A stretch of 63,973 nt of DNA, counting the filler, from Vicugna vicugna (lineage: Eukaryota), in the NCBI GenBank assembly GCA_013265495.1. It is 85 parts of 85 records of this genome, joined end to end, with 100 filler letters (N's around TTAATTAATTAA, not from the genome) between each part and the next. Parts side by side here need not be neighbours in the genome. Positions count along the whole stretch, not along the records: positions 62,096 to 62,563 come from MU057883.1; positions 62,664 to 63,159 come from MU057884.1; positions 63,260 to 63,759 come from PNXW01002193.1; positions 63,860 to 63,973 come from MU057954.1; 81 more parts are not named here. The stretch is one strand, 5' to 3'. The notes beneath the pieces are model-generated. The model worked only from the letters and a program-made list of their open reading frames with translations, was not told where the DNA came from and made no database searches. The first letter of the stretch is position 1, and each line of letters begins with the position of its first letter. Positions 62,096-63,973 of the stretch are shown here, piece by piece. Both the position numbers and the translations under genes were made by a program.

Positions 62096-62563
62096 GTGTT
62101 CTACCTTGTATATTCTAAATTCTGGGTTCTGTATTCAGTTATCCATATTCTAAATTCTGTGTTCTTCATTCTATATTCTGTGTTCAATATTCTGATTTCC
62201 GTATTCTTCATTCCATATTCTGTGTTCTACATTCTATATTCAAAATTTTATATTCAGTATTCCGTAGTATATACTGTAAATTGTCTGTTCTGCATTCCAT
62301 GTTCTTAATTTTGGGTTCTGTATACTGNNNNNNNNNNNNNNNNNNNNNNNNNNNNNNNNNNNNNNNNNNNNNNNNNNNNNNNNNNNNNNNNNNNNNNNNN
62401 NNNNNNNNNNNNNNNNNNNNNNNNNNNNNNNNNNNNNNNNNNNNNNNNNNNNNNNNNNNNNNTATATTCTAAGTGTTCTAAATTCCATGTTCTATATTCT
62501 GGGTTCTATATTCTATAGTCTATTTTCTATATTCTGTGTTCTAAAATCTATATTCTAAATTCT
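62096..62563. repeat. Satellite E
   Basis: ATATTCT heptamer array. Confidence 0.93.
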
Positions 62564-63859
62564 NNNNNNNNNNNNNNNNNNNNNNNNNNNNNNNNNNNNN
62601 NNNNNNNTTAATTAATTAANNNNNNNNNNNNNNNNNNNNNNNNNNNNNNNNNNNNNNNNNNNNATTTTCTAAATTTAGCTCTCATGTGCATTTTTTCTTT
62701 GCTTTTTTCTCTTAACTGTTAACAGACATTTCTTAATTAAAAAATAAATAAAGCCGCAAATACTATACAACATTGAAGGGGCAAACAAAATTAAAGGGCA
62801 AAGACAGAAAAATGATAACTACACTACAAAGTTAATATAATACATACACTATGGATCAGATCAGCAATTCTCAGTAACAGCTAATTGAAACATAACCATG
62901 AGGTAAAATGTCTCTCCTGTCAGGACATGGCCAACAGAAAANNNNNNNNNNNNNNNNNNNNNNNNNNNNNNNNNNNNNNNGGCGAGGTACGTCTACCAGC
63001 TAAATGTGTCTTCTTCTGGAAAAGAGGGAGACTCACCAGCTCTTTCCTGTGGAGCCTGAGCCCACGGGAGGATGGTGAACACAGCTCTGTAAGCACCCAA
63101 TTATCAAAGTGAACGATGAATAAAGAGACGTGAGCTTTGATGACAGAGATGATACTACTNNNNNNNNNNNNNNNNNNNNNNNNNNNNNNNNNNNNNNNNN
63201 NNNTTAATTAATTAANNNNNNNNNNNNNNNNNNNNNNNNNNNNNNNNNNNNNNNNNNNNTAACCTTCCGCTGGAGATCATGTAGGAGTCCCTGTAATACT
63301 TCAGAAAGTTTAAATTTTATCTCTCATGAACTTATAAACTTGTTTCTAAATAGCAAATTCTCTTTTAATTAGTAACTAAATTCTCTGTCCCAATGAAGGA
63401 GTAATTTATGACTATGTGGGGAAAAAAGGGTAATTTTCAATTCAAACCTTACTGAATAGAATAATTGCAAGATTTCTTTCCTACACTATTGACCAGAGTT
63501 ACTCTTGTCTGAAACCCAGTAGCATTTTGTCTTTTCATTGCTACTTTTCAAACGTATGTGTGTGTGTATACCTTTATGAAGAGATTGAAGTGAGGAAATT
63601 AAAATGTGAGACTTAGAAATGAAAAAAAAATTGAGAACATAGAAATTCCATTAGGGTAATAAATGAGCATGTGAAGAATCACATCATAAAGTGAACTTTT
63701 AATTTTTAAACTTAAAAATAAATTTTAAGGTAAGCATATTTCACTGCAGATGCACATTANNNNNNNNNNNNNNNNNNNNNNNNNNNNNNNNNNNNNNNNN
63801 NNNTTAATTAATTAANNNNNNNNNNNNNNNNNNNNNNNNNNNNNNNNNNNNNNNNNNNN

Positions 63860-63973
63860 TGCGTGGCGTTGTCTCTCGAGCTCCCCCACGCACTGACAAT
63901 ATTTACGGAGTGCTGAGTATGGGTAGGTTCCACCAACGGTCTGCAGCGCGTGGGTTCTAACGGAAAGCCTAAG
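63860..63973. repeat. Satellite A, truncated by the window end
   Basis: 'ttgtctctcgagctcccccacgcactgacaat...gcagcgcgtgggttctaacggaa'. Confidence 0.92.

Noticed and set aside
63031..63095. Possible 50-nt minus-strand exon (ttacag|...gagctg|gtgagt)
   Set aside because: Poor polypyrimidine tract and no recognisable peptide.
190..63112. Long ORFs in the supplied track
   Set aside because: Nearly all run through N gaps or are translations of satellites (YILYS-rich ORFs from E, LGRQP ORFs from A) or decayed L1. Many use non-ATG starts.
587..63815. TTAATTAATTAA repeats separated by unique sequence, as a CRISPR-like array or biological palindrome
   Set aside because: Always centred in 44+44 N. This is a synthetic six-frame-stop linker, the intervening pieces are mammalian scaffolds, and there are no cas genes.

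Overview
This is not a contiguous locus and not prokaryotic. It is an artificial concatenation of about 85 short (roughly 0.2-1.2 kb) mammalian scaffolds. They are joined by an identical 100-nt spacer, N44-TTAATTAATTAA-N44 (84 copies by my count), so adjacency across spacers means nothing. Three tRNA-derived SINEs match the camelid Vic-1 type, which points to Camelidae. About 40% of the pieces are satellite DNA in five families: A (GC-rich, 267-bp monomer); D (diverged 267-bp relative of A with distinct neighbouring monomers); B (249-bp monomer); C (about 248 bp x3 higher-order repeat, related to B); and E (7-bp AGAATAT-based complex satellite). There is also a degenerate TTAGGG tract, many L1/L2/MIR/LTR fragments and a few microsatellites. 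Gene-like content is limited to a frameshifted copy of the first coding exon of TRAPPC9 with intact splice sites, a 27-nt butyrophilin-like exon, a CpG-island fragment and a candidate TATA promoter. No intact protein-coding gene, CRISPR array or new biological system is supported. The most interesting signal is the relationship among the satellite families. All identifications come from pattern recognition by eye; no searches were run.
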